Assembly (NCBI GenBank): GCA_963691875.1
Contig: OY829846.1
Location: 4,544,001 to 4,608,000, forward strand
From: Aureliella sp.
Lineage (GTDB): Bacteria > Planctomycetota > Planctomycetia > Pirellulales > Pirellulaceae
Length of the DNA stretch: 64,000 nucleotides
Direction of reading: 5' to 3'
Made by a program: the position numbers and the translations under genes. Each line of letters opens with the position of its first letter. The first letter of the stretch is position 1. Shown piece after piece: positions 49,750 to 60,473 of the stretch. The notes under the pieces are model-generated. The model was not told where the DNA came from. It saw nothing but the letters and a program-made list of their open reading frames with translations, and did no database searches.

Positions 49750-51450
49750 CTACTGGTCGGAACCGGAGTTCACAACTGGTGGAACAGAAGTGCTTGGCGG
49801 CGGTGAGATGATCGGACCAGAGCTGTCCGAAGATGGAATGTCTGCAGGAATGATCTCACCTCGCAAGACTTTCAACGCATCCGAATACTTGCTGTTCTCT
49901 GGCGATAACTCAGCTGCCTTGGACATCGCCTCAATCGCTTCGTCGTTCTTTCCAGCTGCATCTTGGATGGAAGCTAGAAGAGCGTAATTCTCACCTGACG
50001 GAGCTTGGTCAACCAAGCGTTGAGCGAACTTGGCGCCCTTACCATCATTGGGGAGCAAAGAGTAAAAGAACATGGCGGTGCCGTGAAGCGCAGCGGCATT
50101 ATCTGGATCGGCATCCAAAAACTCAATCAAGACGCTCTCGGCTTTCTCCATCTCGGAGGTTTGCACATACAAGCGAGAGATTTCTTTGGTGTAAGTGAAG
50201 TTCTCGGGTTCGATTTTCTGTAGTTCACCAAGCCAACGAATTGCCTCGTATGGTTTTCGTTGCTGCATCGAGAAGAAGGCCAAAGCTTGCCTGCAGCCAG
50301 TATTTTGCTTGTCCATTTGGCTAGTGCGAATCAAGAGCAACGAAGCGGAAGCTGGGAATCCACCCGTCACGTAGACGCGAGCCATATCGACGTAGAATCG
50401 GCCGACGTCTTCTCTTATTGCTGCAAGGTCGTTGTAGTCACGAGTCTCAGAGTTGACTTGGGAGCCATCACGGCTCAGCTTTTGGTACTCGACCTGATGG
50501 AACTTGGCTTTTTCGCGATCCCGCAGGCGCTGATAAGCCGTCACAAGTCCGAGGTGAGGCTTGGCGATATTGTTGGGCGGAATCTGGGCAGCAAGTGCGG
50601 CTTCCAGTCGCGTTTTCGCTCCTTCAAAATCCTTCAAGAGCAGGAGCACTTGGCCGAGCTCAGCGAGTGCACCACCGTGACCTGGATTGTTTTCGAGTGC
50701 CGACTCCAGTTCGGTCTTGGCCTCCTCCAGTTTCGCCGCTTGGGTCAAGGCAACTCCCAGCGTGACTCTTCGTGAAATACTAGTCGGGTCAAACTCGCAA
50801 GCTTTGCGATAGTAATTGACGGCTAGCTCCAATTCGCCTTCCTGAGTCGCGATGTCTCCTAGACCGCGCAGAGCATAGAGAAACTGAGGGTTGAGTTTGA
50901 GGATGGATTCCCAGACGACTCGAGCCTTTGCAGTGTCGCCGAACTCGAATTCGGTTCGAGCAAGCATTTCTTTGGCTTCAAGCGAGTTGGGCATGGTGCC
51001 GTACAAATGATTTGCGACGCGTTTACATTCCTCGATGACTTCAACAGCCTTTTCCGACGGAATGGGATCGAGTGGCGGCAAGTCTTCCTTGCGCGCCGTT
51101 TCTTCATCGCTGGTTTGGCTATTGGCAGAGCTAGGATTGCCGTTACCAGCCAAATTCCGGCTTGCTGGCAGGTTGCGGTTGGAGTCTGTCTGATCGCCAT
51201 TGGAAAGAGGGTTTTCCTTCTGAAGTTCTGGCCCGGGCACAGAATCGCTCTCAGCAAACAACCCAAACCATTCATTGGTGCTTCCGTAACCAATCACCGC
51301 TATTAAAGTGAGCCCGAGCAGGCCCAGCACCGTTGGTAGAATTCCACCTGAGGCTTTACTGTCCTTTTTTGACGCAGCAGGATGTGCAGGGATCTCGACC
51401 ACATCTTCGTCGGCTGCCGCGTTTTCTTCTTTTGGGTCAGATGCACTCAA
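49750..51450 (-). CDS. Membrane-anchored TPR protein
   Basis: TM helix, linker, TPR repeats. Start uncertain: TTG 51450 after GAAAGAGA preferred over ATG 51552, which overlaps the upstream gene. Confidence 0.8.
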   Translation of the reverse strand: MSASDPKEENAAADEDVVEIPAHPAASKKDSKASGGILPTVLGLLGLTLIAVIGYGSTNEWFGLFAESDSVPGPELQKENPLSNGDQTDSNRNLPASRNLAGNGNPSSANSQTSDEETARKEDLPPLDPIPSEKAVEVIEECKRVANHLYGTMPNSLEAKEMLARTEFEFGDTAKARVVWESILKLNPQFLYALRGLGDIATQEGELELAVNYYRKACEFDPTSISRRVTLGVALTQAAKLEEAKTELESALENNPGHGGALAELGQVLLLLKDFEGAKTRLEAALAAQIPPNNIAKPHLGLVTAYQRLRDREKAKFHQVEYQKLSRDGSQVNSETRDYNDLAAIREDVGRFYVDMARVYVTGGFPASASLLLIRTSQMDKQNTGCRQALAFFSMQQRKPYEAIRWLGELQKIEPENFTYTKEISRLYVQTSEMEKAESVLIEFLDADPDNAAALHGTAMFFYSLLPNDGKGAKFAQRLVDQAPSGENYALLASIQDAAGKNDEAIEAMSKAAELSPENSKYSDALKVLRGEIIPADIPSSDSSGPIISPPPSTSVPPVVNSGSDQ

Positions 51451-51496
51451 GAGTTCTCTTTCGGTTCGTCCCGCTAGTATCGAGGTTCTAGCTGCG

Positions 51497-53215
51497 TCAG
51501 TGAGATTGGTCGTTAACGTGCGATTTGCCTTCCCGCAGAATATAGCATGCATTCACTGGCATATTATCTTCGCTTGGGCGAATGGTTTGCGAGCTACCGC
51601 CATGCCAGCGGATCTCGATAGACTTGATCTTTTCTTGCTTACCGAGGCCAAAGTGAAGAGTCGAACCAAAGTGGCCCTGATAACCGCGTCCACTGTGCAC
51701 TTCGAGTAGTTGCGATCCCGCCTCGGTGGTGACTCGAACTTGACTGCCCACTGCGGAGCGATTGCATTTGATGCCGATCAACTGCAACTGAATCCAGTTA
51801 TTCCTGCTTTCGGATTCATTGCGAATCACAGTGGGTGGCCGGCGCGAGTTCATTACAATCAAGTCGACTCGTCCATCGTTGTCCAAGTCATCTGCGACAC
51901 AACCGCGACTGCTCTCGACGGGGTCCGTTCCAGTCCCAACCAGCTGTGTTACATCACCGAATGCTCCATCCTGATTTTCAAGTACAAAGTTGCGGCAGCG
52001 GTAAGTGGCGGTGTTGACGTCATCCATGTTGTCATGGATGTGCCCATTAGCCATAAAGATGTCACGATCCCCGTCGTTCTCCAGATCGCACAGAGCTGTG
52101 CCCCAATTGACGGGATGGAAGGTGCCTTGGCCGACACCCGTGCTGCGAGTTGAGTCGGAGAAGAATGCGCCTTCTTCATTCCGGTAGAGCGTGGCGAGTT
52201 GTTTCGTGTAGGCGGTTTGGAATAGATCCAGCCAGCCGTCTTGATCAATATCGCCAATATCGACACCCATGCTACCTTGCGGATCACCTTGAAAATCGTA
52301 AGCAATTCCCATTAGCAAGGCGCATTCAGTGAACACTCCTTTGCCATCGTTGAGCCAAAGAGAGTTCTTAGTGGAATCGTTGGCGACGAACACGTCGGTG
52401 TCGCCATCTTTGTCGAAATCCACTGCGATCGTTCCCATGCCCCATTCTTTTTCGTTCGCAATGCCGGCTTGTTGCGAAATATCAAGAAAGGAACCGCTTC
52501 CGTCATTACGCAAGAGATTGTCTGATTCTTTCTGGTAGAGCAGGGGACCTCCGTAGACGATCCTTCCACGAAATTCAGATGGTGGGATATCGTAGTCAAA
52601 TCGAATGTAGCTTGATGCGTAGATGTCCAAGTTCCCATCTGCATCGATGTCTAGCATGCTTGCACCGGCGCCGACTTTATCGCCACAAGCAATTGCTTCC
52701 CCGTTGACCGGTTGAAAAGTCCCATCACCATTATTTCGGTAGAAAGTGTTTGGCCCCATGTTGGTAACGTAGACGTCGTCAAAGCCGTCATTGTCGTAGT
52801 CACCCACGGTCACGCCGAGCGAGTAGGCCAAATCTGCTAGTCCCGATGCCTTCGACACGTTTTCGAATTGGAAACTGCCTAGGTTGTGATGTAATTGATT
52901 GATTGGCTGGGTGTTGTAATTTGTGCCTCGCAGGGCAGCGCCATTCAAGAAGTAAATATCGACGCGGCCATCGTTGTCGTAGTCGAAACTGGCCAAGCTG
53001 CCAGAAATCGCCTCGACCAAGTAATGCATCCCAGAGCCGCCATCGGTGTGCTCGAAGTCAATGGCTGCTTCAGCTGAGACATCCGCAAGGCGAATCTGTG
53101 ATTCTTGAGCCGAAGTGGAGTGGGCCGAGAGTAGAGAGGCCGCGAGGATCAAGGGCAACCAAGTAGTGGGCAGCTCTATCGCAATTGAAGGCAGTAGGCT
53201 GGAACGGCTATTCAT
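51497..53215 (-). CDS. CRTAC1-family protein (FG-GAP repeats + ASPIC/UnbV)
   Basis: DYDNDG repeats, CNRSAVGSQV..GYQGH..LHFGLG; 8-bp overlap with the upstream TPR gene. Confidence 0.9.
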   Translation of the reverse strand: MNSRSSLLPSIAIELPTTWLPLILAASLLSAHSTSAQESQIRLADVSAEAAIDFEHTDGGSGMHYLVEAISGSLASFDYDNDGRVDIYFLNGAALRGTNYNTQPINQLHHNLGSFQFENVSKASGLADLAYSLGVTVGDYDNDGFDDVYVTNMGPNTFYRNNGDGTFQPVNGEAIACGDKVGAGASMLDIDADGNLDIYASSYIRFDYDIPPSEFRGRIVYGGPLLYQKESDNLLRNDGSGSFLDISQQAGIANEKEWGMGTIAVDFDKDGDTDVFVANDSTKNSLWLNDGKGVFTECALLMGIAYDFQGDPQGSMGVDIGDIDQDGWLDLFQTAYTKQLATLYRNEEGAFFSDSTRSTGVGQGTFHPVNWGTALCDLENDGDRDIFMANGHIHDNMDDVNTATYRCRNFVLENQDGAFGDVTQLVGTGTDPVESSRGCVADDLDNDGRVDLIVMNSRRPPTVIRNESESRNNWIQLQLIGIKCNRSAVGSQVRVTTEAGSQLLEVHSGRGYQGHFGSTLHFGLGKQEKIKSIEIRWHGGSSQTIRPSEDNMPVNACYILREGKSHVNDQSH

Positions 53216-54362
53216 TGAGTTGCTGTTCAATGATTTTCTTGGCTTCAAGGCAACGTGGATCTTCAGGAGCGACAGCAATTGCCTTACGAAAATACTCTAC
53301 GGCCGGTTCGGCCTGTTCTAATTGGGAGTATAGACCGCCAATCGCAAGCAAGTGATCCACTTTTTCGGGCTCCAGCTCGGCAATTCGCTTCAGGACGTCG
53401 ATCGTTTCCAGTGCTTTTTTCTGGGAGTGATACAAGTCCTGAAGTTCTTGCAGCCATGCAAGGCGGTCCGGCTGGAGCTTCAGTGCACGCAGCATTTTGT
53501 CCTCGCCACCCTCCCCGTCGCCAAGTCTCCTGAGCGCCACCGCCATGTCTGCCAATACTTGTGCGGACACACTAATCGCATGTTCTCGGTCGACAAATCG
53601 TTGGGCGCCAAGCGAAGTGTTCTCAGAGTCTTCTTTTTCCAGTCGTTTAAACTCTTCGAGGTGCACGTTGGCTTTTTCGCGATCCGATTTTCGCAGATAT
53701 GCCTGCGCCAGTTCGTAGTGAGCCTTCGTCGACTTTGGGTTGAACTGCAGCACAGCCAGAAGAACTTCGATTGCCTCGTCGTATTTCTTCAGTCGCATCT
53801 GTGCACTCCCAAGCATCTCGAGTGCTTGAACCGAAGCTCTTTCTGATGCAATGTGCTGCTCCAGGGTGAGTGCGGCTAGATCGGGCTTGTTCTGGTTGAG
53901 GTAGGTATCGGCAAGAAGTAGTGGTACGCGTGGATTGCGAACCTCTTCAGCGCCTAGGGATTCGCATAGTGCGGCGGCTTCGTCGTAGCGACCAGCCTCG
54001 AAGGCGAGATTAGCGAGCCCGAAAATCGCATCTGCATTCCGACGGTCAAACTCCAAGCTCTTCGTCCAAGCAGCTTGAGCACCTTCGGCGTCGCCAGTGC
54101 GGAAATCGAAGTCGGCTTGAGCGTTCCAGGGCAAAGCCGAGTCAGGCCACTTCTGGCGGAATTGTTCTAGCTCTTTCCGAGCCATCTCCAGGATTTGGTC
54201 TGAAGTGGAATCATCTTGAAACGCGGCTTCCTTAAAGGGCTTCTCAAAGACGCTCTCGCGATCTAAGGCGGAGTGCGCGGTTCCGGGTAAGGTCCACCAA
54301 TAGCCTACAACGCCAGCCAGCACGAGCAGGAGAACGATGAGAACTGCAATTCTTGCCAACAT
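53208..54362 (-). CDS. Membrane-anchored TPR protein
   Basis: N-terminal TM helix, TPR repeats (e.g. QFNPKSTKAHYELAQAY). Confidence 0.85.
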   Translation of the reverse strand: MLARIAVLIVLLLVLAGVVGYWWTLPGTAHSALDRESVFEKPFKEAAFQDDSTSDQILEMARKELEQFRQKWPDSALPWNAQADFDFRTGDAEGAQAAWTKSLEFDRRNADAIFGLANLAFEAGRYDEAAALCESLGAEEVRNPRVPLLLADTYLNQNKPDLAALTLEQHIASERASVQALEMLGSAQMRLKKYDEAIEVLLAVLQFNPKSTKAHYELAQAYLRKSDREKANVHLEEFKRLEKEDSENTSLGAQRFVDREHAISVSAQVLADMAVALRRLGDGEGGEDKMLRALKLQPDRLAWLQELQDLYHSQKKALETIDVLKRIAELEPEKVDHLLAIGGLYSQLEQAEPAVEYFRKAIAVAPEDPRCLEAKKIIEQQLNE

Positions 54363-54468
54363 GCCGTTGTGCTTACCCAGGTATGTAGGTTGACGCAAAA
54401 CGAAATCGGCCAGCGATTCGGAGCAAAGCCCGTCTCACTGGCCGTGAATTTCGATGGATCGAAATAGA

Positions 54469-54951
54469 TTACTTGCTAGTGACTTTAAATTCGAAGTTGT
54501 TCTCTCCGCCTTCCTTTACAGAAGCCTTCAAACCTGAAGTGCCAGGACTGTTCCACTTCGCCGCAATCATGTTTTCCGTCTTGCCTTCTTTAGAAGTATC
54601 CAAGGCTCCGTAGATCGCATCCATCGCTGCTGGATCGTCTGGATCCATTTCCTTGGGCAAGGTGTCTTCTTCAACAGTGCTCTTGAGAATTGCCACTTGG
54701 TAATCTCCGGCTAGAGCTCCATCGCCAGTGTCTACAGTGGTTAGTGAGTACTTACCTTCGGCGTCTGTTTGGCCAGAAGCACTTTGGCCAGAGCTGCCAG
54801 CGGCTGGCGAGAAGACAACTTTTACGCCCTCCATTGGCTTGTCGTCGACCAAGACGGTTCCTGTGACGGGAATTGTCGGAAGTTTAGCCGCGCCGCAACC
54901 TAGGAAGACTGTTAGAGTTAAACATGTTAGTGCCGTGGTGATATGCTTCAT
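54469..54951 (-). CDS. Carboxypeptidase-regulatory-like domain lipoprotein (usual DUF1559 partner)
   Basis: Lipobox FLGC, PVTGTV..DDKP, TDAEGKYSL..GALAGDYQV. Confidence 0.88.
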   Translation of the reverse strand: MKHITTALTCLTLTVFLGCGAAKLPTIPVTGTVLVDDKPMEGVKVVFSPAAGSSGQSASGQTDAEGKYSLTTVDTGDGALAGDYQVAILKSTVEEDTLPKEMDPDDPAAMDAIYGALDTSKEGKTENMIAAKWNSPGTSGLKASVKEGGENNFEFKVTSK

Positions 54952-55022
54952 TTGATGAGTCCAAATTGAGGTTTAGGTGTGTGTGAAAGGTGACTGAACT
55001 GTTAATTTCAGAGTTTAAAGGG

Positions 55023-56315
55023 TTAGTTGCCGTACCAGAGTACGACCCGGCCAATGCGGTCGTAAGGTTCGGAAATGTGCATGCCGCCGGTGACTAAGTC
55101 GAGCTTGCCATCCCCGTTTATATCGCCAACGTCGAGCGCTTGAATGTGGCTTGGCGAGTTGCCAAGCGGGTGCGATAGGAATCGCATGCTACCAGTATTT
55201 TCTAGCAGTCGCAAGCTTTGCGACGTGGGCTTGCTCCAGCTGTTAAAGGCACTGGATAGGAAAATATCGAGGTCTCCGTCTTGGTCGTAATCGTGTGCGA
55301 CAGCGTTTACTGCGCCGCCAAAATCAGCGAGTCGGTGGTATTCAAATTTGCCGTTTGCTGTATTCTCGAGCCACTGGGCTCCATGCCAGGGCCACGGTTT
55401 GGGCGGCGAGTAGTCGAACGCATCTCCATTGCAGTAGAGCACGTCTAAGTCGCCGTCTTGATCGAGGTCTTCGAGCCAAATTCCTGCAGATCCAAAGTCT
55501 GGATTCGTTGCGTCGTGGATCTTCTCCTCGCGAAATGAGCCATTGCCCTCGCCATAAAGGACATAGATGCTTTCGATTTCTTGACTGATGAGCAAGACGA
55601 TATCGACGTTGCCGTCCCGATCAATGTCTTCAGGAATCCCATGAATTCCACCAGCTTGCTCTTGAAGGACATGTGGCTCAAATGAAAACGAGTCGTCTTT
55701 CCCCTTGTTTTCAAGCCACTGGACTAGCCCCTCATAGTAACCAAAGTGCGTGACCACTAGATCCAGGTCGTTGTCCTTATCCATGTCGCAGGCTCGCACG
55801 TCCGAAATCCGCGCGACGTTCTCCAAGAGGACCTGAGATTGAAAGTTTTCTTCCCCGTCATTCTCAAAAAACAGCAAACTACCGACCTTATCGTCGCTCG
55901 GGAAAAGTTTGCCAAGCGTTGCCAGCAAGATGTCCAAGTCGCCGTCACCGTCAAAGTCAACGATTTCAGTTCGGGCTGGTGCTAGAACGTCCGATGCAAT
56001 CGTCTGCTCCTCAAAGCTGCCTGATTCGAGCTGGCGAATCCAGCTAAGCGTATTTTTCGTGCAATCGCAGACGAGAACGTCCATTTTGGAGTCTTCGTTT
56101 AGATCAACCAGATCCACGTAAGAGATCCTAGGTGGCTCCTCGAAGTCGAAGCCAATGGGTTGCTGCGAGAAGAGATTGAGCGCTTCGCCTTCTTCGCTAT
56201 CAGCCGGTGGTAGATCGGTGCGATTGGATTCAAGATTTCGTTGGCGGAGACTCAGCAGCAAAGAACCTGCTGCCGCCAAGAGAAGCAAGGTCGCGATGAT
56301 CCATTTCCAAGACAT
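55023..56315 (-). CDS. FG-GAP/VCBS repeat protein
   Basis: N-terminal anchor; about seven D-x-D-x-DGD-x-D repeats. Confidence 0.88.
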   Translation of the reverse strand: MSWKWIIATLLLLAAAGSLLLSLRQRNLESNRTDLPPADSEEGEALNLFSQQPIGFDFEEPPRISYVDLVDLNEDSKMDVLVCDCTKNTLSWIRQLESGSFEEQTIASDVLAPARTEIVDFDGDGDLDILLATLGKLFPSDDKVGSLLFFENDGEENFQSQVLLENVARISDVRACDMDKDNDLDLVVTHFGYYEGLVQWLENKGKDDSFSFEPHVLQEQAGGIHGIPEDIDRDGNVDIVLLISQEIESIYVLYGEGNGSFREEKIHDATNPDFGSAGIWLEDLDQDGDLDVLYCNGDAFDYSPPKPWPWHGAQWLENTANGKFEYHRLADFGGAVNAVAHDYDQDGDLDIFLSSAFNSWSKPTSQSLRLLENTGSMRFLSHPLGNSPSHIQALDVGDINGDGKLDLVTGGMHISEPYDRIGRVVLWYGN

Positions 56316-56553
56316 ACGAATTCGACTGAGGATGTTGGAAGGGCGTTGAGGAGAAAGATTAAGGAAGTTGCGGCGATCTCGATTTAGCTCGCACCGGTTG
56401 CTGTTTGGGACCGAGATCTAAGATTATAAATAACAGTGGACGATTGAAATTGGAATAACCTTTTCTGATTACGATGGCTCGACCGTCGCAACCGCGAGAA
56501 AGTTAGCCAGCACAATTTCTCTCTGAAACTCGTACAGTTACTTGGGAAACGTA

Positions 56554-58005
56554 GTGCAAAAACCTCGAATAATCCTGATCTACGCTCTCGCAGCGGCCGC
56601 TATCTTCCTGGTGGCTAGAGGCCTAGGATGGTACGCAAATCGCAAGGCCGTCGTTCATTTGCAGCGTCAAGTGATTGAACGTGTTGAAGAGCTAGCTGGC
56701 TACGCCTACTACGATTTCCAGATTTTGAATGCCGGGCAGTCAACGGAAAAAATCGCTGATCTGGATGATCCTGAGCTCTCCCGACACTGGCTTAGTGGTT
56801 GGTTTGGCATCGAGTGGTTTCACGACTTAGAGTATGTGACCTTCGCCCAATTCGATGGCGTTCCCGGAGACGGTGGCCAGGCCGCGCCGCGTAGCGAAAT
56901 CTCGGATCAGCAGATTTTACCGCTACTCAAGTTGAAAACCATAAAGTGGTGGGCCTTGAGCGGCACGGCAGTAACAAATGAATGTGTGGCTAAGATTGTC
57001 GATGATTTGCAACCTGAGCGGATGTGGCTCGGGCAAACGCAAATTAGCGACAACTGTTTGGAAGTGTTGTCTGGCTGCGATTCGCTCCGCTACCTCGCAA
57101 TCGAAGCGACAGCGACAACCGACAAGGGGCTTGAAGCTCTTTCCAGGTTGCCCAATCTTCGATCGTTGAGCCTGGGTAGTCCGTTCTACACAGCCAAAGG
57201 GATTCGCACGCTTGGTTCCCTCAAGTCACTTGAATCTCTCTATTTGGATCGCTTACCAGTGGCATCTGCGATGCAAGAGATTGCATCTCTGAAGGGCTTG
57301 AAGACGTTGTCTCTGCGTGGAACTGGTATTGGAGACAAGGAGCTCTTGTTGCTGGCCGGCTTAACTGACTTAGAAGTGCTACAAGTCGATTCTACACTTG
57401 TTGGTGATAGCGGCATGCAGGCAGCCCAAGAGTGGAAGAATCTGCGCGAGCTGACTGCACAGCGAACGCTACTGAGCGACGCTGGGCTCGAGCATCTGGC
57501 TGAGTGTGAACAGTTAGAAAGACTCGAGATTTCAGGTTCTGCTTCGACACTACCAGGGGTGATTAAACTGCTGCAGCAGGAGCAAGGACGAACTCTGGAG
57601 GAAAGCCTCGGCGTTGTCTTTGAGACGGAGGTGAGCGACAATGGAAAACTATTGTCTCTGGATCTTTCGCCAGTTCGCATAAGCGACGAGCATGTCGAGT
57701 TGTTAAAGCCGCTGCAGGATCTGCAGTGGTTGAAGATGCCTAACAATCGGCTTAGTCAGACGGGCGTCGAAGCACTTGTGAACTTGCGATTTGCACGTTT
57801 GCAATTGCTCAACATAGACGGCGCGCAAATCGGTGACGCAGCGCTAAGTGTTCTTTCGAAGTTGGACTCACTCCGCAATCTTCACGTGGTTGGTACAAGC
57901 GTCACAGCTGAAGCGGTCCAATCGCTGCGTAATGAGAAACCGACTTTGCAAGTCTATCTCAAGCCAGTTCGCAAGCGTATTGTGGCCAATAACACACACG
58001 AGTGA
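56554..58005 (+). CDS. Leucine-rich repeat protein with N-terminal TM helix
   Basis: L..L..L..L.L..T.(I/V).D.G repeats; start uncertain (TTG 56542 or GTG 56554). Confidence 0.85.
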   Translation: MQKPRIILIYALAAAAIFLVARGLGWYANRKAVVHLQRQVIERVEELAGYAYYDFQILNAGQSTEKIADLDDPELSRHWLSGWFGIEWFHDLEYVTFAQFDGVPGDGGQAAPRSEISDQQILPLLKLKTIKWWALSGTAVTNECVAKIVDDLQPERMWLGQTQISDNCLEVLSGCDSLRYLAIEATATTDKGLEALSRLPNLRSLSLGSPFYTAKGIRTLGSLKSLESLYLDRLPVASAMQEIASLKGLKTLSLRGTGIGDKELLLLAGLTDLEVLQVDSTLVGDSGMQAAQEWKNLRELTAQRTLLSDAGLEHLAECEQLERLEISGSASTLPGVIKLLQQEQGRTLEESLGVVFETEVSDNGKLLSLDLSPVRISDEHVELLKPLQDLQWLKMPNNRLSQTGVEALVNLRFARLQLLNIDGAQIGDAALSVLSKLDSLRNLHVVGTSVTAEAVQSLRNEKPTLQVYLKPVRKRIVANNTHE

Positions 58006-58198
58006 TCCACTTCTTGCGCCCTGGCATTGGAAATTGGAACTCGAAAGCCGTGGCAATCCTGGGCCTTGGATACCTTGCGGGAATTGCTTGACGCACCCAA
58101 GCCAGTTATCCTGGTCTGCCCGAACTTGGCAACTTCTCCTGTCTCCGAGGCAGTGTGAAGGATGAGACAACAGAAGACCTGAGAACCGAAGACTAGCG

Positions 58199-58969
58199 AT
58201 GACTGAAGAAGCGTACGTGCCCCCGGAAGATTCCCCCGGCGAAAGCTTGACAGATGAAGTTACTCCCGGATGGCTAGTGCCAGCAGTGCTTGGACTATCC
58301 ATTGTGATTTGCATGCTTGGGCAGTTTTTGATCATCCGTCTGGCTGACCCGACGCCAGACGGAAGTCATGTTTTTTATCCGCCCATGCATGACCAGTTGG
58401 GAGATCCACCTGAGTACATCACGGCTAAGTTTTACGCCATGATTCAAAACAACGCAGTTGGCTTTGCGGTGCTGGGTACAGTTCTGATGGCGTTGGTTGG
58501 TGCAGTGATTGGTGTTGCAAAAGAAAACACCGTGAAGGGCCTTGCTGCAGGTCTCGTCGGAGGGCTAATTCTAGGAGCAGCTGGTGGAGCGTTAGGATAC
58601 GTTGTCGAAGGTAATCTGGCTCAATCTGCGGTGGACGGACTTGTAAAGACTTTCGCGATATGGCTGCCCGTTGCTGTTTCCTTAGCCCTTGTTCCCGGCA
58701 TTATCGCAGTAGTATGTGGCCTTACGAAGAGTATTCCGAATGCCGTTATCACTTCTGTGATCGGTGGTGCATTGGGGACAGCTGCGTATGTGTTGCTTGC
58801 AGCTACCATGTTTATTGGCGAAACGGCCATGCTGTGCCCATTTGACTTTGGCATCCGTTTCTTGGCTTTCACCTGCTTGGGGATTTCCACGGGTTCGGGG
58901 GTTTGTTTACTGGTTTTCTTGGATAAGTCTTCCAATAAGCCAGCCGCTGCGGAAGTGGAAGCTGCCTGA
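58199..58969 (+). CDS. Hypothetical polytopic membrane protein
   Basis: About six Gly/Ala-rich TM helices. Confidence 0.7.
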   Translation: MTEEAYVPPEDSPGESLTDEVTPGWLVPAVLGLSIVICMLGQFLIIRLADPTPDGSHVFYPPMHDQLGDPPEYITAKFYAMIQNNAVGFAVLGTVLMALVGAVIGVAKENTVKGLAAGLVGGLILGAAGGALGYVVEGNLAQSAVDGLVKTFAIWLPVAVSLALVPGIIAVVCGLTKSIPNAVITSVIGGALGTAAYVLLAATMFIGETAMLCPFDFGIRFLAFTCLGISTGSGVCLLVFLDKSSNKPAAAEVEAA

Positions 58970-59037
58970 GGGAGGTAGCTTTCCAGTTCTTCCTCACTCG
59001 CGATTCGCGTTGTGATTGCAGAGGAGTCCTTTGTTTG

Positions 59038-60435
59038 CTAGTTGGCAAGGAATTGTTTTAGTAATTCCTTGCTGCGTTCTGGCAAGACTCGAATAAAGTG
59101 ATCACGCAGCAGCGGCATGTGGACTTCGCCCGTCTTCTGGATCTGGATGCTGTCGTCGTAGCCCATCGTCATGTGGCAATCGATGCAGTTAGTTGCCAGG
59201 TTTGCTCCCAATTCGGGGTGCATGCCACATTCGTCGGTCTGGTGACACTTCTGACATCGCTGGGAAAACAGCTTTGTGTTGCCACGCTCGTTGCCATGCG
59301 GGTTGTGACAAGTCACACAGGTCATGTCCTCGCTTTGCAAATAGCATTTGCTTAGCTCCATGCGTTCCAGCTGATTGGCTGTGTGGACAGAGCCGCCATC
59401 TTCGTCACGAAAGATTTCAAAGTGCTCCTTCAGGACGTCACCCGGGCGAAAGCTGAAGGGAGCTTTCAGAGGAGTCGCGGTCCCAAGGTGGCATTGGGCA
59501 CAAACATCGTTGGTGCGATCTCGATCTAGTTCGCTTGGATTTGCGATGAATTTGGCAGTCTTTGAATCCGGGTTTTCTTGGTGGTAGTCCACATGCTGTC
59601 GTGCCGGGCCGTGACAGCGTTCGCAGCTCACCCCAAAGATCGTGGTGTCTTTAACAAAGCTGTTCTTCGTGCCAGGCTTCCACTCCATGTACGTCATATG
59701 ACACTGCACACACTTGGGAATGGTTTCGCGCGTGTACCAGGCGGTGCCGTCGTGGTAACCAGGGCTGTTGATCCAACTTTGCAAGGGCTTAAAGTAACTC
59801 AGGTGCATTTGGAAGAGTCGGTCGTCTTCCCAGAAGAGATAGGTCTGAGCCGTTTTGCCGGAACCGGTGACAATATCGAATGGGATTCTCCTTCGTAGCT
59901 CACGAAGATGAACCTCTTGAAAGTGACCTGAGTCATCTCGAATCATTTGGAAGGAAAGGTCGGGATGGATCGATTGCACCGTGCTGTTTGGTGAATCGAA
60001 TGGACCATCAATTGTCTCGGTCGTGGCCAAGCTAGAGGTCAATGCATGGGCGGTTTCGGAAAATCCCCGATACTGTTCGGCGTGACATTGGATGCAAGCT
60101 TGAGGACCGACAAAGTCTGTTGATGAAGCGGGCGAGTCTTTGTCGGCGTCCGCACCGCTGGCGTTGGGGATCTCCAGCCAGCAAGGTGAATTCGGATGCC
60201 CCAGCAATGTCACTTGTCGCTGAGGATCCAATTGCGAACGAAAGCCCAGCGATAGTTCTTGCTGCGACAGTTGGCTGTGGTGGATCAGGCGTGGTTTGTC
60301 GTCGGGTGACTCAACAGGATCCTGGTCTTCTGGTTCGAGGCTGATCGTTTCATTGGACGGAACGAAAATAATCCAGACTGCGCAGCCAATCAAACCTAAG
60401 ATGACAATCAGGATCGGTATGAATGGATTCTTCAT
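59038..60435 (-). CDS. Membrane-anchored multiheme cytochrome c (7 CxxCH)
   Basis: CIQCH, CVQCH, CERCH, CAQCH, CVTCH, CQKCH, CIDCH; N-terminal TM helix. Confidence 0.92.
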   Translation of the reverse strand: MKNPFIPILIVILGLIGCAVWIIFVPSNETISLEPEDQDPVESPDDKPRLIHHSQLSQQELSLGFRSQLDPQRQVTLLGHPNSPCWLEIPNASGADADKDSPASSTDFVGPQACIQCHAEQYRGFSETAHALTSSLATTETIDGPFDSPNSTVQSIHPDLSFQMIRDDSGHFQEVHLRELRRRIPFDIVTGSGKTAQTYLFWEDDRLFQMHLSYFKPLQSWINSPGYHDGTAWYTRETIPKCVQCHMTYMEWKPGTKNSFVKDTTIFGVSCERCHGPARQHVDYHQENPDSKTAKFIANPSELDRDRTNDVCAQCHLGTATPLKAPFSFRPGDVLKEHFEIFRDEDGGSVHTANQLERMELSKCYLQSEDMTCVTCHNPHGNERGNTKLFSQRCQKCHQTDECGMHPELGANLATNCIDCHMTMGYDDSIQIQKTGEVHMPLLRDHFIRVLPERSKELLKQFLAN

Positions 60436-60473
60436 GATGTTGGCCGCACAAAATCCTATTGCACTAAATTGGG

